Part shown: positions 25,734 to 39,441 of the stretch, one piece after another | How positions within the stretch are numbered: the stretch's first letter is position 1 | Layout: every line of letters starts with the position of its first letter | The notes under the pieces: model-generated | Seen by the model: only the letters and a program-made list of their open reading frames with translations | What the model was told of the DNA's origin: nothing | Databases searched by the model: none | Assembly (NCBI GenBank): GCA_002269645.1 | Contig: NIVC01000980.1 | Span: 408,412-472,411, forward strand | Direction: 5' to 3' | Source: Macrostomum lignano | Taxonomy: Eukaryota | DNA length: 64,000 nt | Program-made: the position numbers and the translations under genes

Positions 25734-26469
25734 CAATTTTTATGCCTTCCTCGGTGCCTAAAGCTGCCTGCCATGTATATTTCAGTGGCGCTTGGCAAAT
25801 AATGTACGTCAGATTACGGCTGCACCCAATGCCTGCAAGTCACTCTAATCTTCTTCCTTTTTACTCGGATAAAATAGCTTACACATTCTTCCTTACTACT
25901 GATCTAAAAGTAGAAGAGAACTAGATTTAATAACTAAGCAAAATATATTTAGGCAAGCCCACAGAAACTAAAATAACTAGATGGGCCACTTAGGCATTTA
26001 TACTTAGTAAAACAGCTTTCTACTTCAGTTCAGTAGCAAAGAAGAATACATAAGCTATTTTTATAAAAAAAGGCAACTGAAATGACTGATAATTGTTTAC
26101 GAGTAGAAGCCCAAGCTTGCAGGCGTAAACAACTTGCTAATTGGTTCAGCAATAATGTACATTAGCCACTGAAATGTACATGGCAGCTTTGAGCTGGAAT
26201 TCCGAGAAAGGCAATAAAAATAATTGGGGTGGGGCGGGGGTATAGTGGAAAAGACGTTGCTTGGAGATGTTTAAGGCTGGGGGATAAGAGCCAATAAATG
26301 AGCCCTGGCTTTAAAAATAAATGGTATATATTTGCTTCTGTTTAACTTACTACTGAACTGGAAGTAGCTTACACGCAAATGTGCTGAGTGGCCCATCTAG
26401 TTATTCCAGTATTTGTGGGTAAAGCCTAAAACGATAGTAAACCTGGATACAGAGTAGAATTTTTTGCTC

Positions 26470-28103
26470 CTAGTAATCAGTAATTTTTGAAAATTCTGAG
26501 CCCATATTGAGTTCACAGTTTCTAATTAGTCGGCTTCTACTTATGCTACCATTAGTAGTACTAGTGGTAGTTGACGCAAGGTTGCCCCCTAAGGATTGGC
26601 CGGATCCGCTGAATGCAACAAATCCTTTGGAGAGCTGTTGCTGTTGCTGCTTCTGCTCCGCGTCAGTGGCGGCAGCAGGAGCAAGTAAACGACGATGCTG
26701 CGGGTAGTTCAGTGTGCCCCAGTTATAATTAAAGTTAGGACGGCCGCGCTCATGAACAGCTGTGGCGCCTGTTGCTGTACTGCCGTCGCGTCTGATATCC
26801 ACTGTGGAAACCGTGGAACCCGAGATTGAGCCTTCCGAATGTTCTGTCCCCTGTTCGGCATTCACTAGGCTCTCGACCTCATCGGAGGACTCATCCGAAG
26901 GCGTTTCAGAGACATCAAATTCAACTGCCAGATCGCAGTCAATGATGCAGACAGAGGAAGCCGGGCGAACATCGACAACGCTGAGACGGTAGCGTCGGCC
27001 GTTCAGCTTCAAGTCGATCTCGTCACCAATGCTGAGGCAGATGAAATCGCGAAGGCGATTCTCCAGAACAGCCTGGTTGGAGTGATAATCATGGGGAGGA
27101 GGGGCGGATTGGAGTGATAATCGTGGGGAGGAGGGGCGGATTGGAGTGATAATTATGGGGAGGAGGGGCGGATTGGAGTGATAATCATGTGGAGGAGGGG
27201 CGGATTGGAGTGATAATTATGTGTAGGAGGGGCGGATTGGAGTGATAATTATGTGTAGGAGGGGCGGATTGGAGTGATAATCATGTGGAGGAGGGGCAGA
27301 TTGGAGTGATAATCATGTGGAGGAGGGGCGGATTGGAGTGATAATTATGGGGAGGAGGGGCGGATTGGAGTGATAATTATGGGGAGGAGGGGCGGATTGG
27401 AGTGATAATTATGGGGAGGAGGGGCGGATTGGAGTGATAATTATGGGGAGGAGGGGCGGATTGGAGTGATAATTATGGGGAGGAGGGGCGGATTGGAGTG
27501 ATAATTATGGGGAGGAGGGGCGGATTGGAGTGATAATCATGAGGAGGGTGGATTAGAGTGATAATAATGGGCAGGAGGGACGGATGGGGTGATAATCATG
27601 GACCAGCCCATGCGCCAATCCAATACAATATGCACCTTTGGATCGTCAACTTCGGCAAGAAAGTCTCCAAATTCTGGCCGACCACTCCAAGGCCTCAGTC
27701 GGGCAAAAGTACCCAGCGGCGGGCGCCGGTCTGGCGGCAGAGCGGACACCTGTACAATGCTGCCCTCGCCGCTGCCGCCGCCGCTATCATGAAGTCCCAG
27801 CCGACGCAACAGCCAGTCCGGCACGAGTACGACGCCCTCCGGAGCCGTGAACTCGTGCACCCCGACCAGAGCCGAGTGGCCATTGTAGCTTACATTGAAA
27901 ATCATTGGCCCGCTGCCACTAGCCGAAGCCACTGACATGTCGCGCAGGGCCGACTGTGGCAGCAGAACGTGGCCACCTTGGCGCAGAGTGTCCCTAGCTT
28001 GATCGGAGCCTTCGTGCATGTCGAAGGAGTAGCAGCGATAGCTGTTGGAGAAGTCCTCGACTGGCGGTGCTTCACCAAATAGATGGCTAAACACAGTGTT
28101 CAT
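26470..28103 (-). CDS. UFD1: UFD1-like ubiquitin fusion degradation protein (~356 aa); exons 27636-28103, 26470-27072
   Basis: FSNSYRCYS..GGHVLLPQSAL..VGVHEFTAPEGVVLVPDW..DDPK|AVLENRLRDFICLSIGD..CIIDCDLAVEFD; SHP-box-like FVAFSGSGQSLGG; phase-0 GT-AG intron. Confidence 0.85.
27080..27560. repeat. 32-bp tandem repeat filling the UFD1-like intron
   Basis: cggattggagtgataattatggggaggagggg, ~15 copies. Confidence 0.95.
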
Positions 28104-29611
28104 GGTGGCCTCTTCAATGAAATAGTAATACTGTATTTATTTTGCCTCTTCTGTTGGCAGCCCCAACTGGGCGCCAGGTTGTTGTTGACTGCTCACTCTT
28201 TATGATTAGTTTCTGGGCCAGCTTTAACTCTGGACTAATAAATTAAGCATGCATAGAATCATTGGACTCATAATTAATAAAAATGACAGAAGTCCCTAAG
28301 AATTTGAAAACGAAACATTAAGATTTTCAACCCTTATGCTAAAAATAAAATGATTAATTTACATCGATTTTGACAAATTATTTGTTGATAGGGCTAGTTA
28401 AATTGAATTATAATAAAGAATCGAATTGCCTAAAAGAGCACATTTAATTTTTAATAGAGATATATTCGAGCATTTTGGATAGATATCACAGTTGAGATTT
28501 GATTTAAACTTTAAAGGATAATAGGAAAAAGCAAAATATAACATAAGAAACTTGCATAATATGAATCATAATATAATGATGTTTAAGCAGAAAAGACTAA
28601 TCCTTTTAAATCTTGATGATTCGAATTATTCTGTAATTAAGTCAGATAAGCACGAGTCAAGGTCATAAAAAATCTTGCACGAGTTAGGATTTACTCTTAG
28701 TCTTAGTCAATAGCAAGTAAAAAGCTTTGATTTATATAAATCTAGTCAGTTGAATAATATTTCAATGAATAATATAGTATAGTGTAGGGCATAGTTACTT
28801 TGAATTTTTAACAATAAAAATATTACTTGATGATTTTTACTAATAGATTAGATCATTTTATGGATTGCTTAGTCTTACTCTTAATCTTATAGAGTTATAC
28901 TAAATGTATAGTAGTAAGGAAAGTATTAGCATAAGGCGTCAAACCCAAGGGGTTATCTAAAAACGAAAACGAAAGTAAAACGTCTACAACACACGAATGA
29001 GCGGAATCTGTAAGTCAAAAGTTGCTTATGTAAGTCTCAGTGGCTCTTCGTACTGAAATAAGGCACTAACTAAATCACAGGCTTAAAAATCGGTGAGCTC
29101 AATATGCCACGAAACAAGGAACAAAAAATCGCGGACTTTTTTGTCATCGTGCTAAAACATAAAAACAAAACTTTCTTACTTATACTATAAGATTGTAAGT
29201 ATAACATATTAAGTTAAAAATTAGTTGTTCAGTTCTTTATTATGAAAAAATTGAGCATTTTTTCTTCTAATGTTGCTACAAAACGAGTAGGCTTATAGTT
29301 TAAATAAGTATGTTCTGCCATTTTTTCTGCACGCTGCTGCTGCCAGAACCAGATCCACATCCAACTCGAACGAACACTAACAACCAACAAATTATTCTGA
29401 ATATATTAAAGAGTAAACTTTCAGTGCTATTCCATCTATATAGTCTATTTACTGCTGGTACAATTTTTACATAAGTTGCCATTGTTTTGATATTGTCTTC
29501 TTTCTTGGATCACTTCGTTTATCTTCGTTCGTCTCGAAGTCAAATATACTAGATTTGATAAATCATATTTTAGTTTGTTACAGAAATTAGCTTACTCAGC
29601 AGACAGCAGAC

Positions 29612-32600
29612 ATGAAAATCAAAGGTAAGAAAAAGCGCAGAACGTATTTGGCCACTTCTTTTTCATTTTTACTTATTTTGTGTCTCTTTACTTAATTTCG
29701 AATTTTATGTTGCTAATATCTAAATAAGTAAAGTTTTTTTTAATTACTATTTTAGGTGGAGCAGTTGTGGAAATTCAAGGTGATGAAATGACAAGGTAAG
29801 TTTAAATTCAAGAAAATGCATTGCAATTTTTCTTAAGTAGTGAATATATTCTCTTCTTTTATATCCTTTTTATTACTTGCCAATCCATTATATAGCAACT
29901 CCCTATGAAATAGTTGCTATCAACAATAACTACCAAATCTATACCTATCTTTTTATTGTTATTGCCATGGGTAAATTTACTTAAACCTAAGCCTAGTTAG
30001 AATTGGAATTAAAACAATATTTTAATGTTTTCTTAAATTTTTTATAACAACTACATTTTCTTCAAATTTGATGCTATTTTTAATTTAGGATCATCTGGGA
30101 TCTCATCAAAGAGAAGCTGATTTTACCATTTGTTGATTTGGATATTCACTTTTTTGACCTTGGAATACAGAATCGCGATGCCACCAATGATCAGGGTAAG
30201 CTTGATAGTGCACTTGCTCATTAATTGCTCATTAATATTGATTTTTTTACAATGACTTTACTTTACTTAAAATGAACCTACACCAACATACTCTTAGTGA
30301 CTGTGGACTGTGCCTATGCCATCATGCAGCACAATGTTGGCATCAAGTGCGCCACCATCACGCCAGACGAGCAGCGGGTGTCCGAGTTTGGCCTGAGGCA
30401 GATGTGGCGCAGTCCTAATGGCACCATTCGTAACATCCTAGGCGGTACAGTGTTTCGCGAAGCCATTATCTGCCGCAATGTGCCCCGCCTAGTGCCTGGC
30501 TGGTCCAAGTCGATCGTGATTGGTCGGCACGCCTTCGGCGATCAGTACAAGGCGACGGATTTTGTGGTGCCCGGGCCGGGCAAGCTGGAGATCAAATGGA
30601 CACCGGATGTGCCAGATCAGGCGCCAATCCAGCACCAGGTGTTCCACTTCACCAACCCAGGCGTCGCCCTGGCCATGTACAACACTGATGCCAGTATCAA
30701 GGACTTCGCTCACAGCTCGTTCCGGCTTGCCCTGGACAAGAAGTGGCCGCTGTACCTCAGGTATGCAAGGGTTCATGGGCAAGGATATTCGGGTTCATGG
30801 GTAGGGATATTCGGGTTCATGGGCAGGGATATTCAGGTTCATGAGCAAGGATATTCAGGCTTATGGGCAAGGATATTCGGGCTCATGGGCAGGGAGGGAT
30901 ATTTGGGTTGTATTCGGGCTCATGAGCAGGGATATTCGGGCTCATGGGCTGGGATATTCGGGCTCATGAGCAGGGATATTCGGGTTCATGGGCAAGGATA
31001 TTCAGGCTTATGGGCAAGGATATTGGGGTTCTTGGGCAAGGATATTCAGGCTTATGGGCAAGGATATTGGGGTTCTTGGGCAAGGATATTCAGGCTTATG
31101 GGCAAGGATATTGGGGTTGTGGGCGTCGAGGATATTGGATATTTTCAGGCACGTGTAATGCAATGACATTGGCAGAGTTTTTTGTTACGAATCTTTTAGA
31201 AACTAAAAACTCTACAGGGAAGGTTCAGAAGGCATCTGTGACTTTGGAAAATTCTTTCTTGAAAATTTTCAAGATGCCCAGTCGTCACTTGACTACACCC
31301 TTATTATGAGTAGTTGAGATCTCGAGCATCGGTTTTCTGCTAGGCTCTTCTGGTTAGCTATGTAGCTGAATAGGTAGGTGTGGTTGCTTAAGCTCGGGAG
31401 CAAAGGGTAAAAAAACAAAAATCAAGCTAGAGTTCGGTCCAATGGACACCAAACAGACTGTTAATAGCTAGTACAGTACCACGGAACGCTCTCGGACCCT
31501 GCCTTTGCCCCCCTTTTCTTTGATAAGATAAAGGTGGAAACTGTAACATGGTGTTGCGGTATAAACTGTCACATTTCATTCTTTAGGAAAATTACTTGCC
31601 AAGATTATTATAGAAACTCTTGGGTGGAGTCGCGGGGTAAAGTGGCCACCCAGGGGGGAGGGTTAGCGGAGATTTCCACCAGACTTAACGCGCCTTGAAT
31701 GCAAAGTCTAAGCAGATCTAGTTGCGCGAAATTTGCGTGGCCCAAGTTAGTAGTTGCACATGCGCAATGGAATATTGATATGTTACACATCGTAAGATAT
31801 TGGAAAGTTTTAGATATAATACTCGTATATGTCTATTGTTGGGTAATAATTTAGTTTGGTGGATCGCACAGCACGTTTTAGAGATCATGGGCCTCATTGA
31901 GAAGGTTTTGGGACGTTGGGGTGTTACTGGAGAGTTCAAGGGACTTTGATGTCATATTAGATATCATATAATGTGATATCATACTGAGGTCAGGGGACTT
32001 CAGTGTTATATTAGGGAGAGGTCAAGGGACCTCCACATCTTTTTGAGGTCAGAGTATCGCGTGTCTTACTAGGAAGGTCAAGGGACCTTTGTGTCTTACT
32101 GGGAAGGTCAAGGGACCTCAGTGTCTTACTGGGGAGGTCAAGGGACCTCTGGGTCTTACTGGGGAAATCATAAGATGCTTAACGAGAAACAAATTGCTCC
32201 AACCATTCTAACAGCACCAAGAACACCATCTTAAAGAAATACGACGGCCGATTCAAAGACATTTTCCAAGAAGTGTACCAGGCCGAGTACAAGGCTGCAT
32301 ACGAGGCCGCCGGCATCTGGTACGAGCATCGCCTCATCGACGACATGGTGGCCTACGCCATGAAGTCCGAGGGCGGCTTCGTTTGGGCCTGTAAAAACTA
32401 CGACGGCGACGTGCAGAGCGACTCCATCGCGCAGGGCTTCGGCTCCCTGGGCCTGATGACCTCCGTGCTAGTCTGCCCCGACGGCAAGACCATCGAGGCC
32501 GAGGCTGCCCACGGCACCGTCACCCGGCACTATCGGATGCACCAGCGCGGCGAGGAGACTTCCACTAATCCCATTGCCAGCATCTTCGCCTGGACTCGGG

Positions 32601-34698
32601 GCCTGGCGCACCGGGCCAAGCTGGATAGCAACGCCGCCCTGGCGCACTTCTGCCAGACTCTGGAGCGGGTCTGCATCGAGACGATCGAGGCCGGTCACAT
32701 GACCAAAGATCTGGCGCTATGCGTCAAGGGGTCCGGGTGAGTGGCGCCGTTAATTTGAGCGCGATTAATTAGATTGATAGAAGTAAGGTATATAGATAGG
32801 ACTAACAGACAGACAATCGATATAGATTAAGGCATTAAGACAAGATACTGAGATTTAAATAGAAATTGAAATATAGGACAGATATACAGACGGGTACTGA
32901 GATGGACGCTGAGATAGACATTGATAGATAGAACGATGTCCCCATCCCTAAGGGCGCTGAGACACTGATCGAGTGTCTTGTGTCATATCTCGGACACTGA
33001 GACAGGCATAGACGGAAACTGCGATGGATACCGAGACTGACACTGAGACTAAGGTGGACACTAAGATTGGCACTAAGTAAGACACTGAGACGGACACTAA
33101 GACGCACTGAGACGTACACCAAGACAGACACTGAGACGGACACTAAGTCAGACACTGAGACGGACACTAAGACGCACTGAGACGTACACCAAGACAGACA
33201 CTGAGACGGACACTAAGTCAGACACTGAGACGGACACTAAGACGCACTGAGACGGACACCAAGACAGACACTGAGACGGACACTAAGACAGACACTGAGA
33301 CGGACACTAAGACACACTGAGACTGACACTGAGACTAAGGTGGACACTAGGATTGGCACTAAGTCAGACACTGAGACGGACACTAAGACGCACTGAGACG
33401 GACACCAAGACAGACACTGAGACGGACACTAAGACAGACACTGAGACGGACACTAAGACAGACACTGAGACGGACACCAAGACAGACACTGAGACGGACA
33501 CTAAGACAGACACTGAGACGGACACTAAGACAGACACTGAGACGGACACTAAGACAGACACTGAGACGGACACTAAGACAGACACTGAGACGGACACTAA
33601 GACAGACACTGAGACGGACACCAAGACAGACACTGAGACGGACACTGAGACAGACACTAAGACAGGCACTGAGACGGACACTAAGACAGACACTGAGACG
33701 GACACTAAGACAGACACTGAGACGGACACTAAGACAGACACTGAGACGGACACTAAGACAGACACTGAGACGGACACCAAGACAGACACTGAGACGGACA
33801 CTGAGACAGACACTAAGACAGGCACTGAGACGGACACTAAGACAGACACTGAGACGGACACTAAGACAGACACCGAGACGGACACTAAGACAGACACTGA
33901 GACGGACACTGAGACGGACACTAAGACAGACACTGAGACGGACACTAAGACAGACACTGAGACGGACACTAAGACAGGCACTGAGACGGACACTAAGACA
34001 GACACCGAGACGGACACTAAGACAGACACTGAGACGGACACTAAGACAGACACTGAGACGGACACTAAGACAGACACTGAGACGGACACTAAGACAGGCA
34101 CTGAGACGGACACTAAGACAGACACTAAGACAGACACTGAGACGGACACTAAGACAGACACTGAGACGGACACTGAGACGGACACTGAGACAGACACCGA
34201 GACGGACACTAAGACAGACACCGAGACGGACACTAAGACAGACACCGAGACGGACACTAAGACAGACACCGAGACGGACACTAAGACAGACACTGAGACG
34301 GACACTGAGACGGACACTAAGACAGACAATGAGACGGACACTAAGATAGACACCGAGACGGACACTAAGACGGACACTAAGACAGACACCGAGACGGACA
34401 CTAAGACAGACACCGAGACGGACACTAAGACAGACACCGAGACGGACACTAAGACAGACATTGAGACGGACACTAAGACAGGCACTGAGACGGACACTAA
34501 GACAGGCACTGAGACGGACATGAAGATACACACGAAGACATGAAGACAGGCGGGCGTACAGACTAATAAATGTCGCGCCATTCCCCCCCCGCACCCGTTC
34601 GTAGCGTGCAGCGCAGCGACTATCTGAACACTTTCGAATTCATGGACAAGCTGGCCGAGAATTTGCGGGCCGGCCTTGCCGACAGTGCCAAAATCTGA
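29612..34698 (+). CDS. IDH1: Cytosolic NADP-dependent isocitrate dehydrogenase (412 aa); exons 29612-29624, 29756-29795, 30089-30195, 30298-30760, 32215-32736, 34605-34698
   Basis: [134 protein letters not shown]; all junctions are GT-AG and total 1239 nt. Confidence 0.97.
30765..31135. repeat. Degenerate 22-bp repeat (gggcaaggatattcgggttcat) in IDH1 intron 4
   Basis: Starts immediately after donor 30761. Confidence 0.9.
32005..32165. repeat. ~30-bp repeat (ggtcaagggacct..gtgtcttactggg) in IDH1 intron 4
   Basis: 4-5 degenerate copies. Confidence 0.75.
33040..34545. repeat. 12/24-bp satellite (gacactgagacggacactaagaca) filling IDH1 intron 5
   Basis: Source of the spurious TETDTKTD / VSVSVL ORFs. 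Confidence 0.97.
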
Positions 34699-36679
34699 TG
34701 ATGCTACGAGATCGTCTCTAAATTAAGTCCGTAAACTTGACAAGACTACTCACTTGCTTGACATTTGTAGTGAAGAGGTCAATAATAAAGTGTAGGAGTA
34801 GCTAATTAATAGTAAAAATGCAAAAAACCAAAACCTTGCAGTCGCGGCTATCCGCGACACAAATAGTTTATATAATTAGTAAAGTTAATAATCAATTATT
34901 GAAGTTGATCATAGGTTAATTATTAATTATTATCTATTGCCTTTTTCGTTCGCTTTATATAGCTGCCTTTGTCTGAATGACGATGGATATAATAATTTGT
35001 TCTCGGTTTATTTATAATTTATTGATGCAATGAAATTATTGCACTGCGGCCATTTGTTTTAGTTTTATTATTATCATTCACTTTAGCGCTTGTCTTTTAG
35101 TGCATTATTATTATTACATGTATGTAGCCGGCACATTAGATTATTAATACTATAGAATTATATTAAACTTAGCGATTCGGTAATTATAATGCGTTAAGAG
35201 TTTTTTTCAGATTTCATAGCAAAGCCGAGCACTGAGAGCTGTCCACTGAGAGTCGGATATTAGTTATATACTTTTATAATTGCATTGCCAACGGTAAACC
35301 CAGCAGTCGCTAATTTTAATACATGTTGACCAGTCCTATTTGACTTTATTTATCTCTAAGTCCTATTTGCTTTGGCCTTGTGGATCTTGGATATTTGAAG
35401 TTAATTATATTGAAGAGAGTTTTGTCTTTCAGTCTTGCTTATTAAATTTAATCTGCCGATCACATTGGAAACTGATTGCAATTCTGACGAAAGAATGAGA
35501 TTTTTCAGCGGAATCGGCGTAGCTTGGAGCCCCCAATTAAAATTTTTAATATTAATTTTTACAATTTTTAACAAAAATAGCGATCGTAGGAACACGATTT
35601 CTATGAGCTCTGTGTTCCAATTTCAGTGCAGCTGACCATGACAACTCTTGGTAGAAATACCATATGGGGGTGTATTTCAAATACACACATTTTTCCTTTG
35701 TCTGTATCTCCAAAAATATTCAACCAATTGCCATGAAAATCCAGAAAACGGGCTAAAACTTTCCGCTCTATTTGATGAAGCAACTTCGAGAATCACGAAA
35801 AATTGGCATCGTCGAGATATTCAACGATTCTCCTCGGGGTGTCTGGTGGCAGAAAACACCAACATTACAAAATTTTTCTGCTCACAAAATCTCATCATGA
35901 AACCAAGTCGGCTCAACAAACTATGCATATCGGTCGTGAGGCCTTTGTTCTCAGCGTCCCAGGCCCCAGGGTCCCCTTCATCTCCGTCTGGAGCAACGGC
36001 GGCGACCGTCGGGTCCTTCAACAAAAGCACCCGATCGGCATCTCAGAGACGGCAACGGCCCTAAAAACTGAAATGGAAGAATCCTCTTCTGCATGCAGCA
36101 TTTAGTCAGTAGACACAATCGGTAAATGACATGGACGATGGCGACCCTCTAGGCTGACCTGTAGACATACAGGCAACCTTCTGGACCTTCAACGGAGTGC
36201 CACCTTGCGGCCCTGACGAGCTGGCACCCCCAACATCGTGATTTTTCTATCAAGGCTCCAAACCAGGCATGTCTGCGTATTATACAATAATCCAGCACCA
36301 TGTTCAGCATTCAGCTCTGTCTGGACGACCTTCGGGACCTTCAATGGAGTGCCACCACGCAACCTTGACGAGCTGGCACCCCCAACATCGTGATTTTTCT
36401 ATCAAGGCTCCAAACCAGGCATGTCTGCGTATTATACAATAATCCAGCACCATGTTCAGCATTCAGCTCTGTCTGGACGACCTTCGGGACCTTCAACGGA
36501 GTGCCACCACGCAACCTTGACGAGCTGGCACTCCCAACATTGTGATTTTTCTATCAAGGCTCCAAACCAGACATGTCTGCATATTATACAATGCATTTGT
36601 ACTGTTAAATTGGAGAGTTACAGATTTAACTGGCGACTGAAAAATAAAATATTTAATTTGTTAAAAACGATATTACAGT

Positions 36680-37170
36680 ATGTACAGTATGTCAAAAATG
36701 ATGATATTACAGTATGTCAAAAATGATGATATTACAGTTTCAAAAATGATGATATTACAGTATGTCAAAAATGATGACATTACAGTTTCAAAAATGATGA
36801 TACTACAGTATGTCAAAAATGATGATATTACAGTATGTCAAAAATGATGATATTACAGTATGTCAAAAATGATGATATTACAGTATGTCAAAAATGATGA
36901 TATTACAGTATGTCAAAAATGATGGTATTACAGTATGTCAAAAATGATGATATTACAGTATGTCAAAAATGATGGTATTACAGTATTTCAAAAATGATGA
37001 TATTACAGTATTTCAAAAGTGATGATATTACAGTATGTCAAAAATGATGGTATTACAGTATTTCAAAAATGATGATATTACAGTATTTCAAAAGTGATGA
37101 TATTACAGTATGTCAAAAATGATGGTATTACAGTATTTCAAAAATGACGATCTTACAGTATGTCAAAAAT
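36680..37170. repeat. 25-bp tandem repeat (gatattacagtatgtcaaaaatgat), ~19 copies
   Basis: Direct inspection. Confidence 0.95.
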
Positions 37171-37179
37171 GATATTACA

Positions 37180-38000
37180 GCAAATTCAGAGCAGAAGGAT
37201 CTGAACAGGCAGTAGGACACACACGTGAGCTCCTCAGAAAACCGGAATTCGCTCATGTGTGGAGCCATATTTTGAGTTGAATTCTTGAGATCGGCTTGCG
37301 GGCCACCACGAGTGCGCATCACTGTTCCAAGAAACGTGAATCCTATTTCTCGGTACAAGTGATTGGCCAACGCAAGACTCGAGAAGAATCTGTCACATGT
37401 GATGCTGTACTGCAGTGTCCCCTGAATGGATCAGCCATAGTGATTCCGGATGGATGAATTCTGGATGGATTCCGGATTCCTGTGATGCAAAAGTAGTGGA
37501 AAGCAGTCTTCCTTTGCCAGTGCAGATTTCCGTATTGAATTAACTCATAGCGGATGTCCATGTCATCCTGAATCTCTGGATTTCCAGCTGATGTCAGCAG
37601 GAACAGCTTGGCACCATTGCGACCGTTGGGGGCCAAGCCCGGATCCCGCGGCAGTTTTCGAGAATTGCATCGCGGTGTTGAACTTCCTCGGGAAGGCGGG
37701 CGCGATCTGAGGCCCGGTGCCATGGGCCCTGGCCCGAGCGCGCCCGAATGGAAGAAGATCTCCTTCAGAAAGACCGTGAAGTCACAGTTCACACCCCAGT
37801 AGACAATCAGAGTTTCGTCGACGCAGAGGTACGGCCCGGAAAGGACAGGATGGCGCAGCTGACTGACAAAGGTGTCCCACAGACGTCGGATGCCGTAGAG
37901 CTTGTCCGTTGTGGCAGTCCGCTGACGATGTTTGGCAGTTTCGAATTTAACATGGTGCAAAAGTATTGTACATGTATAATACGCAGACATGCCTGGCTGG
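37180..38000 (-). pseudogene. piggyBac transposase remnant (frameshifted)
   Basis: TILLHHVKFE..TDKLYGIRRLWDTFV..GPYLCVDETL (first catalytic D), then ITCDRFFSSLALANHLY..TFLGTVMR..CVSY (second D region). Confidence 0.85.
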
Positions 38001-39194
38001 TTTGGAGCCTTGATAGAAAAATCACGATGTTGGCGGTGTCAGCTCGTCGGGGCCGCAAGGTGCACTCCGTTGAAGGTCGTCCAGACAGAGCTGAATGCTG
38101 AACATGGTGCTGGATTATTGTATAATACGCAGACATGCCTGGTTTGGTGCCTTGATAGAAAAATCACGATGTTGGGGGTGCCAGCTCGTCAGGGCCGCAA
38201 GGTGGCACTCCGTTGAAGGTCCAGCAGAAGGTTGCCTGTATGTCTACAGGTCAGTCTAGAGGGTTGCCATCGTCCATTTCATTTGCCGATTGTGTCTACT
38301 GACTGAATGCTACATGCAGAAGAGGATTCTTCCATTTCAGTTTTGAGAACGCAGCCGTCTCTGAGATGCCGATCGGGTGCTTTTGTTGAAGGTCCCGACG
38401 GTCGCCGCTGATGCTCCAGACGGAGATGAAGGGGACCCTGGGGCCTGGGATGCTGAGAACAAAGGCCTCTACGACAGATGAACCCAGATTATTGAGCCAA
38501 TATGGATTCACCATAAAGGTTTATACAGTGTAGTGTTGGTTGTTCTTGCCACCAGTGTCTTCGACAAGAATCGTTGAATATCTCGACGATGCTGACGTCG
38601 GATGACGTTGAAAGTTAGTTCGTCGGAAAGGGCGGAAAATTTTGATCCATACGGTGGACTCTTACGAAAATCGGTTATTCGGTTTGCGAGCTATCGTGAA
38701 ATGGGTCGTGTGTATTTGTAATACACCCCGTGGTCTTTCCCCATGGGGAAAAATAGCGTGATCTTTCTACTGTTAATGGTCTGGCCATGATTAATAAATC
38801 GAGAACATGCGAGATGAAATTGTCAAATGAAATAATTAAGTTGATGGAATAAATTAAATTAAACGTAAGCAATTTACTAATTAAAACACCTTTTAGATCC
38901 AGATAAAGACAAAATACATTTATATACCAGATTAATCGAAACATGCTAGTATATTTAATGGTATTAAACTCGTATGTGTATACGAAATGCAATGATAGTT
39001 GCCATTTAGAGTTAAATGTACAGTTGTACATATGCAATGACACATTTTTATATGCTGAGTGACAGTCTATTTGATGCTTTGAATGAGCAGCAGCAATATT
39101 AGTAGTACTTGTAGTAGTAGTAGTAGCAACAAAGAACAAGTAAAATTGGAACAACCCGAAAGAAGACGCTTTTGATAATGAATTATATACAAAG

Positions 39195-39441
39195 GGCCTG
39201 TCAACTTAAGCTCGTAAAGTGGAGCCCGAGTAACCTATGTACCCAAATGATATGTCATTCTGCTCATAGTCACACTAGGAAGCTGGGTTTGGCCTGTGAC
39301 GAAAATTGGACTTGAGAGAACAAGCAAGAAGCAAGGGGATAATGAGGGACTCTACTTTGAGCTTTGAGCTAAGTTGGCATAATAGTCATTTGGGTACATA
39401 GGTTACTCGGGCTCCACTTTATGAGCTTAAGTTGACAGGCC
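39195..39441. mobile_element. MITE with ~55-bp TIRs
   Basis: ggcctgtcaacttaagctc.taaagtggagcccgagtaacctatgtacccaaatga and its reverse complement at the other end; TSD not resolved. Confidence 0.8.

Larger units (their letters stand above)
35650..38740. mobile_element. Two piggyBac-derived fragments in inverted orientation around a 25-bp array
   Basis: 35790-36620 is the reverse complement of ~37960-38590; ggggtgtatt(t/a)caaatacacac occurs at both outer ends. Confidence 0.75.

Noticed and set aside
24127-25802. Multiple ORFs (RQTSAGKR, PADVCQ)
   Set aside because: 15-bp repeat arrays in foldback TIRs; no coding signature.
33353-34594. ~400-aa TETDTKTD / VSVS ORFs
   Set aside because: 12/24-bp satellite within IDH1 intron 5; the flanking exons splice around it.
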